Assembly: GCA_902592365.1 (NCBI GenBank)
Contig: CACJEH010000001.1
Location: 29,101-93,100, forward strand
Origin: an uncultured Alphaproteobacteria bacterium
Lineage (GTDB): Bacteria; Pseudomonadota; Alphaproteobacteria; HIMB59
Length of the DNA stretch: 64,000 nucleotides
Direction of reading: 5' to 3'
The position numbers and the translations under genes were made by a program. This document shows, in pieces, positions 1-11,889 of this stretch. The number at the start of each line of letters is the position of its first letter. Position 1 is the stretch's first letter. The notes under the pieces are model-generated. The model made no database searches and was not told the origin of the DNA. It was given only the letters and a program-made list of their open reading frames with translations.

Positions 1-65
1 AAATTTTGTAATACATCTTTCAAATTAGATGTTTCTTCAACTGTATATTTTTCAATATTAGACAT
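1..65 (-). CDS. 5' end of a gene running off the window, probably a CBS-domain protein or CBS-nucleotidyltransferase of the nonulosonic acid locus
   Basis: ATG at 65 lies just after the neuA stop and reads MSNIEKYTVEETSNLKDVLQN..., which resembles the start of a CBS domain; only 21 codons are visible. Confidence 0.4.
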   Translation of the reverse strand, partial: MSNIEKYTVEETSNLKDVLQN

Positions 66-66
66 C

Positions 67-714
67 TTAATTTAGTTTATCCTTATTCTTAATAATAAGT
101 TCAATGAATTTAAAGTCATCCTGTGTATCGATTTCAAAAGATCTAAGGTATGGTATCTCTAAAAATCCAATTTTACCTGAAATTCTACAATTCGAATTAA
201 TTAAATTGTTTTTTTTTGTGATATAAAAAGAGCCTGTTTCAATATAATTTTTATCAGTCTCTTGCTGTCTCATTTTTCTAGAATTTAAATTGTAAATTGG
301 TTTTTGATTTATCCAAACTTTATGTGGAATATCTGATACTGTAAGAACACTGTCATATTTGTTCATCATTTTTAATCCTTTATTGATATCTTTAGAGAGT
401 ATTAATGGTGATGTTGGTTGAATAAAAACCAAAATATCAAAATCAATATTTTTAGAAAAATGCATTAATGCTTCCTCACTACTTGATAAATCACCAGAGA
501 TTTCAATAGGTCTTTTGATAGTGTTAGCTCCAAATTTTTGTGAAATAGAAATTATTTCCTCATCATCTGAGCTCACCCAAGTTTCACTTACGTTTGAATT
601 TAAAGAAGCATTAATTGTGTAGTAAATTAACGGGTATCCATTGAGGATTTTAATATTTTTTCTAGGAACACCTTTACTACCACCTCTTGCTAAGATTATC
701 GATACTATTTTCAT
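67..714 (-). CDS. neuA: Acylneuraminate (CMP-nonulosonic acid) cytidylyltransferase
   Basis: IILARGGSKGVPRKNI, QPTSP and EIDT..DF motifs of the NeuA/CMAS family. Confidence 0.9.
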   Translation of the reverse strand: MKIVSIILARGGSKGVPRKNIKILNGYPLIYYTINASLNSNVSETWVSSDDEEIISISQKFGANTIKRPIEISGDLSSSEEALMHFSKNIDFDILVFIQPTSPLILSKDINKGLKMMNKYDSVLTVSDIPHKVWINQKPIYNLNSRKMRQQETDKNYIETGSFYITKKNNLINSNCRISGKIGFLEIPYLRSFEIDTQDDFKFIELIIKNKDKLN

Positions 715-2441
715 TTCGTTTTTTTTGAAACAATTAATTTATTCTTTGATAAGTTAAAAATTTTATTGCAATACTTTAAACTTGAATGTTTGTGAGAGAT
801 AAAAATTATTGTTTTATTATAATTTCTTGAGAATATTTCTTCTACTACATTTTTTTCGGTATTTTTGTCTAAAGCACTAGTTCCTTCATCAATAAAAATC
901 AGTTTAGGTTTATCCAATAACATTCTTATTAAAAGTATTCTTTGTTTCTCACCACCTGATATTTTTATACCCGATGAACCTACATTTGAATTTAGGGAAA
1001 GGTTTCTACCTTCAATCATACTATTAAGATTAAATTTGTAAAATAAATCATTTATTTTTTTTTGATATTTTTTATTATTTTTTTTGTCGAGTAAAATATT
1101 ATTTAAGATACTATCATCAATTATAAATGCATCTTGTGATAAATATCCTAAATTTTTAAAATAATAATTTTCATTTATTAAATTAATTTTTTTGGAATTT
1201 ACATATATATTTCCACTACTTGGTTTTATGATTCCTAATAATAAATTTAATAATGTAGACTTTCCTGAACCAGTTTTACCAACAATACCTATCTTATCAT
1301 TCTTATTAATTTTAAAACTAAAATTGTCAATAATAACCTTGTCTTTTACCTTATAACTTACATTTTTAAACTCAATGGAGGAGAAACTATTTATATTTAT
1401 ATTTTTGAAATTTTCTTTATCTTCTTTTTCAATCTCCTGCATTTCTTTTTTAATTAAATTAAAACTAGGTATGAGAAATTTAATATTTGTAAAATTTTGA
1501 GTTAAAATATTAAACATAGGTATAAATCTTACTAAAACAACTCCAACAAATGCAAATATTTGAAGTGACTTGTCAATATTGCTTTCTGTTAAATCACTAA
1601 AATAAATTATTAGAAAGAGTGCTGAAATAGAGATTATTTCAAAATAAGATCTCGTAGATTTGAAGATAACTTGCGACTTTAATGAAATATTTTCAATTTT
1701 AATAACTGAATTTTTAAAAATGTTTATGAAAAAGTTGGACTTATTAAGTAATTTAATTTCCTTAATTGAACTAACAGTCTCATTAACATTTTTAAATAAG
1801 TTTTTTCTCTGATTCATTATTTCTTTGCCCCAGACTGTTAATCTGCCTCTGAAGATTGCAACATAAATTAGAGCAGATATTAAAATGTAAAAAGTTACAG
1901 AGAATGATAACAAAGGTTTAAGTGATATTGCTAATATACCTATGCCTAAAAGAACGACAAATTCTCTCATAAAAACCAAAAATAATAAAATAGCTTGACA
2001 GCATTTTGTGATTTCATCGACTAAATTTCTAGTAATTTCAGAGGGGTTTTTATTTATAAAAAAAGAATATGGTCTATTTATATAATTTAAAAAAAGTCTT
2101 TGGGAAATATCTATTTTTAATTTTGCAACTAAGTAATTTTCAAAAAAAATAATAAAAAGTAAAAAAAGATTTTTAATTAAAAATAAAAGCACTAGCAAAC
2201 TTGTAAAAAAATATACGACAACTGAAAATTCATATTTACTCACATGAAAATAATTATTTATAAATTCAGAATAATCATCAAAATTAGTCAAAAAACCAAT
2301 AAAAATTGGTATTGAACCTAATGACATTATTTCTAAAAATACTGATACAATCATTAGAAAAAATAGTAATAATATTAAATTAAAATGTTTAGAGCTTGTT
2401 ATTGACTTAATACCAAAAATTATATTAAAAAGAGTTCTCAA
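711..2441 (-). CDS. ABC transporter, fused permease/ATPase (PglK/MsbA-like glycan flippase)
   Basis: N-terminal TM helices, Walker A GKTGSGKST, signature ISGGEKQR, Walker B IFIDEGTSALD; lies in a glycan locus. Confidence 0.8.
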   Translation of the reverse strand: MRTLFNIIFGIKSITSSKHFNLILLLFFLMIVSVFLEIMSLGSIPIFIGFLTNFDDYSEFINNYFHVSKYEFSVVVYFFTSLLVLLFLIKNLFLLFIIFFENYLVAKLKIDISQRLFLNYINRPYSFFINKNPSEITRNLVDEITKCCQAILLFLVFMREFVVLLGIGILAISLKPLLSFSVTFYILISALIYVAIFRGRLTVWGKEIMNQRKNLFKNVNETVSSIKEIKLLNKSNFFINIFKNSVIKIENISLKSQVIFKSTRSYFEIISISALFLIIYFSDLTESNIDKSLQIFAFVGVVLVRFIPMFNILTQNFTNIKFLIPSFNLIKKEMQEIEKEDKENFKNININSFSSIEFKNVSYKVKDKVIIDNFSFKINKNDKIGIVGKTGSGKSTLLNLLLGIIKPSSGNIYVNSKKINLINENYYFKNLGYLSQDAFIIDDSILNNILLDKKNNKKYQKKINDLFYKFNLNSMIEGRNLSLNSNVGSSGIKISGGEKQRILLIRMLLDKPKLIFIDEGTSALDKNTEKNVVEEIFSRNYNKTIIFISHKHSSLKYCNKIFNLSKNKLIVSKKTK

Positions 2442-2477
2442 TTTTTTATTATTTCATAGAATAAATAATTTTCATTT

Positions 2478-3038
2478 TCAAAAATTATTTTTAATTAAAC
2501 AACTATGCATAAAAATCTTGTAACATTCTTGAATATTTGATGTATTATGTGTATCAAAAGAAAAAACATTAATCTTTTTAAATTTTCTATCAAATTTATT
2601 ACCAGTAAATAAATATGTATTATCATTACTAACGTTTTTACTCTCTAAAATTTTAAGAATACTTTTTGATTTGCCACTTGTTGAAAGCAAAATCAGGATA
2701 AATTCATTCTGTTTAAATGGATTTAACTCTCTTTTGAAGACTTCTTCATATGAATAATCGTTTGCAATTGCAGTAAGAGACGACTCATTTGAGCCCAAAA
2801 CAAAGGACTTAAGTGGTGGCCTTTTTTTATTTTTCAATTTGCCGGTTATTTCTGAGGAAAAATGCATCGCATCTGCAAAGCTTCCACCATTTCCGCAGAA
2901 AATAAAAAATTTATTTTTATTTTTAATAAGATTAATTTTTTTTTCAAATTTTCTTATTATTTTTAAATTATCAGTATTATTTATAAAATTGTTATAAATA
3001 TTAAAGGTATTCTTAGAATATATTTTATAAAAATTCAT
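2478..3038 (-). CDS. gmhA: Phosphoheptose isomerase (SIS domain)
   Basis: CGNGGSFADAMH, TAIANDY, STSGKS and IQE motifs. Confidence 0.8.
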   Translation of the reverse strand: MNFYKIYSKNTFNIYNNFINNTDNLKIIRKFEKKINLIKNKNKFFIFCGNGGSFADAMHFSSEITGKLKNKKRPPLKSFVLGSNESSLTAIANDYSYEEVFKRELNPFKQNEFILILLSTSGKSKSILKILESKNVSNDNTYLFTGNKFDRKFKKINVFSFDTHNTSNIQECYKIFMHSCLIKNNF

Positions 3039-3041
3039 AAA

Positions 3042-3905
3042 TTAATTACTTAGTTTTTTTCGAATTTCCATTTCTTTAGAAGTAATTATTTTTTCTGGTT
3101 TACCTAAAGCTTTCTCAGCTGTTCTAATTCTTACAACTAATCTATCCATACCTGAAATAGTTAAACTTGATTTATGGTCTGTTCCCCACATCTCATGATC
3201 TAGTGTTACATGTCTCTCTATTAATTTTGCTCCTAACGCTACAGCTATAACAGTCGGTTCTATGTTATATTCATGGCCTGAATATCCGACAGTACAATTA
3301 TACCTATCTTTATAATATGGAATGAGTGAGAGGTTAAGATCCTCTATTGGAGATGGGTAAGTACTATTTGTGTGAAGTAAACAATAGTTGTTATTATACT
3401 TCGAAATAATATTTACTGCTTCATCAATTTCTTTAATTTCACTCATACCTGTGCTAAAAACCACGGGAATTTTACTTGAGGCACATTCTTTAATTAGTTC
3501 TAAATTAGTTATCATTGCAGATGGGATTTTGATGAATGGGATATTGTATTTAATTAAAAAATCTAGACTTTTAAGATCCCAGACAGATGCAGACCAATTA
3601 ATAGGTGGATGCTTAGTATTACAATAATTATCAATCTCATTATATTGTTTTGATTCAAACTCGACTTTGTATTTATAATCTAAATAAGTCATTTTACCCC
3701 ACGGGGTATCCCTCATAATTTTTTTTTGATGATCTGGAACACAAATATCTGGGGTTCTCTTTTGAAATTTTACACAATCCCATCCAATTGAATAAGCGGC
3801 ATCAATTAATTTTTTTGCAATATTAATATCACCATTATGATTAATACCTATTTCGGCGATTAAATAAGCTTTATTTAAATTATTAAAATTTAACATCGGT
3901 TGCAT
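3042..3905 (-). CDS. neuB: N-acetylneuraminate synthase family protein, short form with no C-terminal SAF domain
   Basis: IAEIGINHNG, VKFQKR, GYSGHE and IERHVTLD motifs. Confidence 0.85.
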   Translation of the reverse strand: MQPMLNFNNLNKAYLIAEIGINHNGDINIAKKLIDAAYSIGWDCVKFQKRTPDICVPDHQKKIMRDTPWGKMTYLDYKYKVEFESKQYNEIDNYCNTKHPPINWSASVWDLKSLDFLIKYNIPFIKIPSAMITNLELIKECASSKIPVVFSTGMSEIKEIDEAVNIISKYNNNYCLLHTNSTYPSPIEDLNLSLIPYYKDRYNCTVGYSGHEYNIEPTVIAVALGAKLIERHVTLDHEMWGTDHKSSLTISGMDRLVVRIRTAEKALGKPEKIITSKEMEIRKKLSN

Positions 3906-3957
3906 ACACTATATTATTAGTAGCTTGAAAAAAACTATAATTTAATTTAACTGATAA

Positions 3958-5094
3958 TTGCTATTTAATATAATGATAATAAAAGTTTTTAAATTTATAA
4001 AATTAATCATAGACCAACGCCCAAAGTTAACATTCAATAAAGTCGAAAAAAATAAAGTTGTTATTTTTGATAAAATAGGATCTGAAAATATTTTACCCTT
4101 TTTCGATAAGAGTCAAGTTACAATATTAGAAACAAGATATAAAAAAATATACTTAATTTATTTATTTAAATGTATATTTAATATGAAATTTAACCAAGCA
4201 TATTATTTTAGTTTACAAATTAAAGATATAAATCCTAAAATTGTAATAACATATATTGATAACAAAATTCTATTTTATCAATTGAAGAATATTATCAAAA
4301 ATAATGAAATAAAATTTATCTCAATTCAAAATGGGACAAGAAGAAAAATAGCAGATTTATTTGGAGTGATTGAAAATTATAAGAATTTATCATCAGATTT
4401 TTATTTTGTATGGGGTAATGTTGTTGCAAACAATTTATCTAAGTATATTTCTTCAAATTTTGTAAAAATTGGTTCCTTAAAAAATAATAATTATAAAATT
4501 TCATACAATAAGGTAAAATTAAAAGAAATTAATTTCATATCAAATTTCAGAAAAAATAGTTTTTTTATAAATATGGGTGATGATTATTTTATTGAAAAAA
4601 AATTAATACCTTTATTACATGAATATTGTTTTTTAAAAAATTACACTTTAAATATTTTGTGTGCATCTAATTACGCTGAAGAAAAATCATTTTATAAAAA
4701 TTTATTAAATAATCATAAAATGCTTATATTTTCAGATAAAGAAAATGCGGAAAGTAATTATAAAAAATTAGATCAAAGTTTATTAAATATTTTTATAGAC
4801 TCAACTTTAGGCTATGAGTCATTTGCAAGAAAAAATAAAACATTAGCGTGTAGTTTGAGATTGCAAAAAAGAAATGAAAATTCTATGAGATTTTGTTGGC
4901 CAGAGCATGTTGAATTTGAAAATGAAATTTTTAATATTAAAGAAATAAGTAAAGATCATATTTTTAAAAAAATTGATTATTTATTAGAGTTAAAAGAAGA
5001 AGAATGGTTAAAAAATCGAAGAAAAATAGATGATGTTATTTTATATGACAAAGATAATTCTATATTAAAAAAAATAATAAGAGAAATAATTTAA
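3958..5094 (+). CDS. Putative surface carbohydrate biosynthesis protein (glycosyl- or sialyltransferase-like)
   Basis: Very AT-rich ORF beside neu genes; SIQNG.R and DSTLGYE motifs like those in O-antigen-locus hypotheticals. Confidence 0.5.
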   Translation: MLFNIMIIKVFKFIKLIIDQRPKLTFNKVEKNKVVIFDKIGSENILPFFDKSQVTILETRYKKIYLIYLFKCIFNMKFNQAYYFSLQIKDINPKIVITYIDNKILFYQLKNIIKNNEIKFISIQNGTRRKIADLFGVIENYKNLSSDFYFVWGNVVANNLSKYISSNFVKIGSLKNNNYKISYNKVKLKEINFISNFRKNSFFINMGDDYFIEKKLIPLLHEYCFLKNYTLNILCASNYAEEKSFYKNLLNNHKMLIFSDKENAESNYKKLDQSLLNIFIDSTLGYESFARKNKTLACSLRLQKRNENSMRFCWPEHVEFENEIFNIKEISKDHIFKKIDYLLELKEEEWLKNRRKIDDVILYDKDNSILKKIIREII

Positions 5095-5114
5095 CGCTAA
5101 TTATAAAACTGTTT

Positions 5115-5145
5115 ATAGCAACCCATATTTTAAATGGGTTGCTAT
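5115..5145. terminator. Hairpin between convergent genes, likely the groEL terminator
   Basis: ATAGCAACCCAT-N7-ATGGGTTGCTAT, a perfect 12-bp stem. Confidence 0.7.
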
Positions 5146-5161
5146 TAATTATTTTTTTGCG

Positions 5162-6835
<1,674 letters not shown>

Positions 6836-6839
6836 TCAA

Positions 6840-7130
6840 TTACTTCTCAATAATTCCCATGATGTCTGATTCCTTCATTATTAGAAGTTCTTTACCATCA
6901 ATTTTTACTTCTGTACCAGACCATTTACCAAACAAAATTCGATCACCTTTTTTTACATCTAAGGCAACCACTTGTCCGTTTTCGTTTCTAGCACCACCAC
7001 CCACAGAAATAACTTTTCCTTCCATAGGCTTTTCTTGAGCAGTATCAGGAATAATGATACCGCCTTTTGTTCGATCTTCTTGTTCAACTCTCTCGACCAA
7101 GACTCTATCGTGTAAGGGTTTTAAATTCAT
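6840..7130 (-). CDS. groES: Co-chaperonin GroES
   Basis: [27 protein letters not shown]. Confidence 0.99.
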   Translation of the reverse strand: MNLKPLHDRVLVERVEQEDRTKGGIIIPDTAQEKPMEGKVISVGGGARNENGQVVALDVKKGDRILFGKWSGTEVKIDGKELLIMKESDIMGIIEK

Positions 7131-7161
7131 TTTTTCTACCTCTGTATATAAAATTTAGTCT

Positions 7162-7188
7162 TTAGCACTCACTTTTATAGAGTGCTAA
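7162..7188. promoter_or_regulatory. CIRCE element (HrcA operator)
   Basis: TTAGCACTC-acttttata-GAGTGCTAA, an exact consensus match upstream of groES. Confidence 0.97.
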
Positions 7189-7199
7189 ACCATATATGT

Positions 7200-7227
7200 A
7201 AATGGTAAATAAATTTATGGTTTCAAG
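7200..7227 (-). promoter_or_regulatory. Putative sigma-32 (RpoH) promoter of groESL
   Basis: Minus strand CTTGAAA-N15-CCATTT, immediately upstream of CIRCE. Confidence 0.6.
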
Positions 7228-7348
7228 TTGATATAATCAAAAATCATTAAAAATATTGAAATTTTTCCCTAATTGAATGATTATCCTAATATGCAAAATA
7301 GCTCAAATTTTAGCACTTTAGAGACTATGTTCATATTTACCAATTTTT

Positions 7349-9526
7349 TTGAAAGATCGGCAATTAATTTTGTTTGAAAATAATCTTATTAAACAATTGG
7401 TGCTTATAGGAGGTGGGCATGCAAATGTACAAATTTTAAAGAAATTATGCATGAACAGAATAAAAGGATTGCATACAATTTTAATTAGTGAACATTTTGA
7501 AGCTACATACTCAGGAATGACACCTGGATATATTCATAGAGATTTTAGCATTGAAGAAATAAGCATTGACCTTCAAAGACTGTGCTTTAATGCAGGAGCA
7601 ACTTTTATAAAAGATAAAGTAGTAAAGCTAGAAACTAACAATCAAAAAGTAGTATTACAAAATTTTCCAACAATTAACTATGATTTATTATCAATTAATA
7701 CTGGTTCCATTTCAAATACAAAAGGAATAAAAATAGAAAAATTATCTAAATGTTTTTTTACAAAGCCCATTAGCTCACTTGTAAATAATTTGAGTCAGAT
7801 TGATCAAATTATCAGTAATAAAAAAAATAGAATTTCAATTATTGGTGGAGGTGTAGCTTCTTATGAATTGGCTTTCAGCATATCTAGAAGATATGAAAAT
7901 AATTTAGAAATAACTATTTTTGGGAAAAGTATTTTAAAAGAAAAAAATTTAAATGACAAAACAAAAAAAAAACTAAAAAAAATTTCATCCGATTTAGGTA
8001 TTAAAGAATACTCAGGAGAAGTTGTTTCTATAACTAAAACTTATTTAGTCTTAGATAGTGGAGAAAAATTTGATAGTGATTTAAATTTAATTTCTTCTGG
8101 TGCTAATATTGAAACATGGCTTTCAGAGAGCAATCTAAAAAAAGATAAAAATGGATTTATAGTTGTAGATAATAATCTTCTGTCTATCAGTGATAAAAAT
8201 ATATTTGTTACAGGTGATGCCTGTACAGTAAAAGATAATTTAAGACCAAAATCAGGTGTAATGGCAGTCCGTCAGGGACAAGTTTTAAAAGAAAATGTTT
8301 TTTCGAAATTAACTGGTATGCCTCTAGATAAATTTAAGGCACAAAAAAACTGGTTATATTTAATTGGCACTTATAAAAATAAAGCATTATTAAACTATTT
8401 TTTCTTATCTTTTCATGGTCGATGGTGCTGGAAACTTAAAAAGTGGATTGATAGAGGATTTATTAATAAATTTAATTTTACTAATAATTCAAATATGTCT
8501 TTTAGAAATTTTGAATTAGAGAAACCAACTGAAATTAAAATGTATTGCCAGGGTTGTGGCTCTAAGGTATCAAAAAATACTTTAGTTAATTTTTTAAATG
8601 AGGAAAATCCACATAGTGACTTACCTGACTCATCAACAATAAATACTAATTCCTCATCTTTATTACAAAGTATAGATCACATTAAGTTATTTACATCACT
8701 TAACCCTTTTGATTTTGGAATTATTAGCTATCTGCATTCTCAAAACGATATTTTATCAAGTGGGGGTTCTGTAAAAACTATAAGTGTTTCACAGGCCCTA
8801 CCGTTCTCTGATGGCATTATAGAAAGTTTTTTCATGGAATATTTTATGAAAGGTATTAAATCAGAAGCTATAAAAGATGGTTCAATGATTGCATCTGGCC
8901 ACAGTTATCAATCAAAAGAACCTGGTATTACAATTACAATGAATGGCTCATTTGAAAAACAAATCACAAAAAGCCAAGCTCAAGAGAGTGAACTAATATA
9001 TCTTTCAAAACCTTTAGGCACAGGATATCTCTTGGCTGCCTATTTTTATAATTCAGAACTTTTATCAAGTTTTGATTTTCAAAAATTAATGATATGGATG
9101 AAAAAGGGAAATAAAAAAATATCAGAAATATCAAAAAGTTTTAAAAGCAAAATTACAACAGATATAAGTGGTTTTGGATTAGCATCACATTTATCAGATA
9201 TTTGTCAATCTTCAGGATTATCTGCTGAAATAAAACTCAATGAAGAAATACTTATCAATAAAAATATTGACATTTTAAATAAATTTAAAAGTACAGGTTT
9301 TAAAAATAATTATTCATCCTCAGCAAATAAAATTTCAATATCAGATAATAATAAATTCCAAAATATACTCTATGATCCCCAAACAAATGGACCACTTTTG
9401 ATATCTATTGAGAAAGAAGATCAAATTAAATTTGAAAAAGAGTTTCAATCAGTAATTGGATTCAGTCCTATATTATTAGGACAGTTCAAAAAGTTCAAAA
9501 AAAAGTTAATTAATGTAATAAATTAG
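7349..9526 (+). CDS. selD: Selenide,water dikinase fused to an N-terminal FAD-dependent pyridine nucleotide-disulfide oxidoreductase domain (start may be TTG 7370)
   Basis: LVLIGGGHA, YSGMTPG, PKSGVMAVRQG; then CQGCGSK, LSKPLGTG, TDISGFGL and DPQTNGPLL (SelD). Confidence 0.85.
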   Translation: MKDRQLILFENNLIKQLVLIGGGHANVQILKKLCMNRIKGLHTILISEHFEATYSGMTPGYIHRDFSIEEISIDLQRLCFNAGATFIKDKVVKLETNNQKVVLQNFPTINYDLLSINTGSISNTKGIKIEKLSKCFFTKPISSLVNNLSQIDQIISNKKNRISIIGGGVASYELAFSISRRYENNLEITIFGKSILKEKNLNDKTKKKLKKISSDLGIKEYSGEVVSITKTYLVLDSGEKFDSDLNLISSGANIETWLSESNLKKDKNGFIVVDNNLLSISDKNIFVTGDACTVKDNLRPKSGVMAVRQGQVLKENVFSKLTGMPLDKFKAQKNWLYLIGTYKNKALLNYFFLSFHGRWCWKLKKWIDRGFINKFNFTNNSNMSFRNFELEKPTEIKMYCQGCGSKVSKNTLVNFLNEENPHSDLPDSSTINTNSSSLLQSIDHIKLFTSLNPFDFGIISYLHSQNDILSSGGSVKTISVSQALPFSDGIIESFFMEYFMKGIKSEAIKDGSMIASGHSYQSKEPGITITMNGSFEKQITKSQAQESELIYLSKPLGTGYLLAAYFYNSELLSSFDFQKLMIWMKKGNKKISEISKSFKSKITTDISGFGLASHLSDICQSSGLSAEIKLNEEILINKNIDILNKFKSTGFKNNYSSSANKISISDNNKFQNILYDPQTNGPLLISIEKEDQIKFEKEFQSVIGFSPILLGQFKKFKKKLINVIN

Positions 9527-9533
9527 TTAACGT

Positions 9534-10229
9534 TTATTTTTTAAATTTTTTTTTGAATAAAGAAGTCATAACTACAAGAAAAACTATGAAACCTAGAGGG
9601 ATTAAGTATTCTGGCTGAACTATAAGGGAAAAATTTAACTCTGTTTTGTTTAAAAATAATTCTTCTAATCCTTGACCAATACTACCAAAGATAAATGACC
9701 ATGGGGCTAGTCCAAATAAAGTAGTAAAAAAAAACTTTTTATTGTTTGCGCCAAGACCTGCTAAAATGAGATTTTGTAAAAAAAAAGGAACTGCAGGAAC
9801 AATACGAATTAATATCATTAATTCCAAATTATTTTTATTGAAATAGTTTTCTATATATGAGTATTTATTTAAAAATTTATTTTTAATAAGTTCCGAGAAA
9901 AAATTTTTTGCTATTATAAAAATTCCAAAAGCACCGAGTGTTCCGCCAATTAAAGATATAGTTCCGCCTATCCATGTTCCGAATAAGAAACCACTTATCA
10001 TTGATAATAAAGAAGCAAATGGAAAATTACATAAAATTAATAAGCTATATGAAGCTAAAAATATAAATATCGATAATGAGTAGTTCTGAGATATGAAGCT
10101 TTGAATAAAGTCTAAATTAGAGAAAAAAGTTTCAAGTTGAAAAAAATCTTTATTTAGAAAATATATAATCCATAAAATTAAAAAAAATATTAATAAAAAT
10201 AAAATTGATATTTTTTTTGATAATTTCAC
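9534..10229 (-). CDS. TVP38/TMEM64 (VTT, DedA superfamily) membrane protein
   Basis: GFLFG..G and LIRIVPAVPF..N...G pattern; hydrophobic. Confidence 0.8.
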   Translation of the reverse strand: MKLSKKISILFLLIFFLILWIIYFLNKDFFQLETFFSNLDFIQSFISQNYSLSIFIFLASYSLLILCNFPFASLLSMISGFLFGTWIGGTISLIGGTLGAFGIFIIAKNFFSELIKNKFLNKYSYIENYFNKNNLELMILIRIVPAVPFFLQNLILAGLGANNKKFFFTTLFGLAPWSFIFGSIGQGLEELFLNKTELNFSLIVQPEYLIPLGFIVFLVVMTSLFKKKFKK

Positions 10230-10957
10230 TAGATAAGTAGCATTTCTAGTGATGGTAAAATTGAATTTAGTTGAAATCCTAAAGATTGAATAGAGCCATT
10301 AAATATTAAAATACCTGTTACAAGTAAAATAAAACCAGTAATGAATTGAAAATAACGAATGTATTTATTCAAAAAACTAGTCATGATCAATATTTTACTC
10401 ATCATTAATCCAACGATTATAAAAGGAACTGCTAAACCAATTGAGTAAAAAGACAACAATATAATTCCATTAACACTGTCCTTTATGGCAACAGCTAATA
10501 CTGATCCTAAAATTGGTCCAATGCATGGACTCCACCCGAAAGCAAAGGCTACTCCTATTATAAAAGGGAATAGGTGATTATTTTGAAAATTTTGTAGATT
10601 AAATTTACGTTCAAAATCTAAATAAGGAATTTTAATTATTCCAATAAAATAGAGTCCTAAAATAACAATTAATATTCCAGATATGAAATTTAGTTGCTTT
10701 TTATAATCAAAAAAAATGTCACTCAAAAAATCAATAGAGGCACCCATTATTATAAAAACCAAAGAAAAACCTATTGTGAATAGTATTATATGAGGTAATA
10801 ACTTTAGCGATTTCAATGCTGAAGAATTTTGAACATCTGCAAAAGATTTACCAACAATATATGATATAAATCCTGGAACTATTGGTAGAACACATGGCGA
10901 TAGAAAACTTAAAATTCCTGCCAAAAAAGCAATAAAAAAATTTACATCACCTACCAT
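10229..10957 (-). CDS. ccdA: Cytochrome c biogenesis protein CcdA
   Basis: SFLSPCVLP and WSPCIGPIL motifs. Confidence 0.92.
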   Translation of the reverse strand: MVGDVNFFIAFLAGILSFLSPCVLPIVPGFISYIVGKSFADVQNSSALKSLKLLPHIILFTIGFSLVFIIMGASIDFLSDIFFDYKKQLNFISGILIVILGLYFIGIIKIPYLDFERKFNLQNFQNNHLFPFIIGVAFAFGWSPCIGPILGSVLAVAIKDSVNGIILLSFYSIGLAVPFIIVGLMMSKILIMTSFLNKYIRYFQFITGFILLVTGILIFNGSIQSLGFQLNSILPSLEMLLI

Positions 10958-11017
10958 TACTAATTTTCAATAATTTATAAATATCAAATATGAATAAAAT
11001 TGCTATACATTAGATAA

Positions 11018-11872
11018 ATGATTAAAAAAATTAATTTAGAGAATATTTTTGATGATTTAAAAGATTATAATAAATATTATCAAAAATATAATATTGGAAA
11101 AATATTTAATATTAATTCCATTAATAAAGATAGTTTCAAAAAAAGAAAATTTCCCCCCTATTTTTCCGTAACTCCAAACATCAAAGAGCCATATCCCATA
11201 GAATTAGATGACCTAATAAGACTACATTACCTCGTAATTAAAAGAAAAGTTTGTACAATTCTTGAATTTGGATTAGGGTATAGTACAGCAATTTTTGATA
11301 ATGCTCTCGAAATTAATAAAATAAAATATTCCAAAAAAGTTAAGAATTTAAGAAGGTCAAATTTATTTGAATGTCATTCTGTAGATAATTACAAAATTTG
11401 GATCAATAGTTTTAAAAAAAGATTTACTACAAAAAATGTTCAACTTCACTTCTCTAAATTACAAACATCTACATTTAAAGATGTTATATGTACTTACTAT
11501 TCTCAAATACCAAATATTAGTCCCGATCTAATATATGTTGATGGACCAGATCAATTTTCAGCTAAGGGGTCTATAAGAGGAATATCTACAAATCATCCTG
11601 ATAGAATGCCTATGATAGGGGATATTCTTGCTATGGAAAATTTTTTATTACCAGGAACAATGATCATTGTTGATGGAAGGACATCAAACGCTAGATTTAT
11701 GAAGAATAACTTTCAAAGAAATTGGATTTATCATCACTTTGTAAATTTTGATCAGCATGTTTTTGAATTAAATGAGGAGCCCTTGGGCATTCTTAATAGG
11801 AATCAAATAGATATATGCCTTGGAAAAGAGTATTACCAAAGATCTATAAGAAAAGCCCTAAAAAAAAACTGA
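11018..11872 (+). CDS. Hypothetical protein with a class I SAM-methyltransferase-like fold
   Basis: TILEFGLGYST (motif I), DLIYVDGP, LLPGTMIIVDGR. Confidence 0.55.
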   Translation: MIKKINLENIFDDLKDYNKYYQKYNIGKIFNINSINKDSFKKRKFPPYFSVTPNIKEPYPIELDDLIRLHYLVIKRKVCTILEFGLGYSTAIFDNALEINKIKYSKKVKNLRRSNLFECHSVDNYKIWINSFKKRFTTKNVQLHFSKLQTSTFKDVICTYYSQIPNISPDLIYVDGPDQFSAKGSIRGISTNHPDRMPMIGDILAMENFLLPGTMIIVDGRTSNARFMKNNFQRNWIYHHFVNFDQHVFELNEEPLGILNRNQIDICLGKEYYQRSIRKALKKN

Positions 11873-11889
11873 ATTAATATTAAATAAAA

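Noticed and set aside
7310-7318. Second CIRCE-like half site TTAGCACTT upstream of selD
   Set aside because: No matching right arm at N9 spacing.
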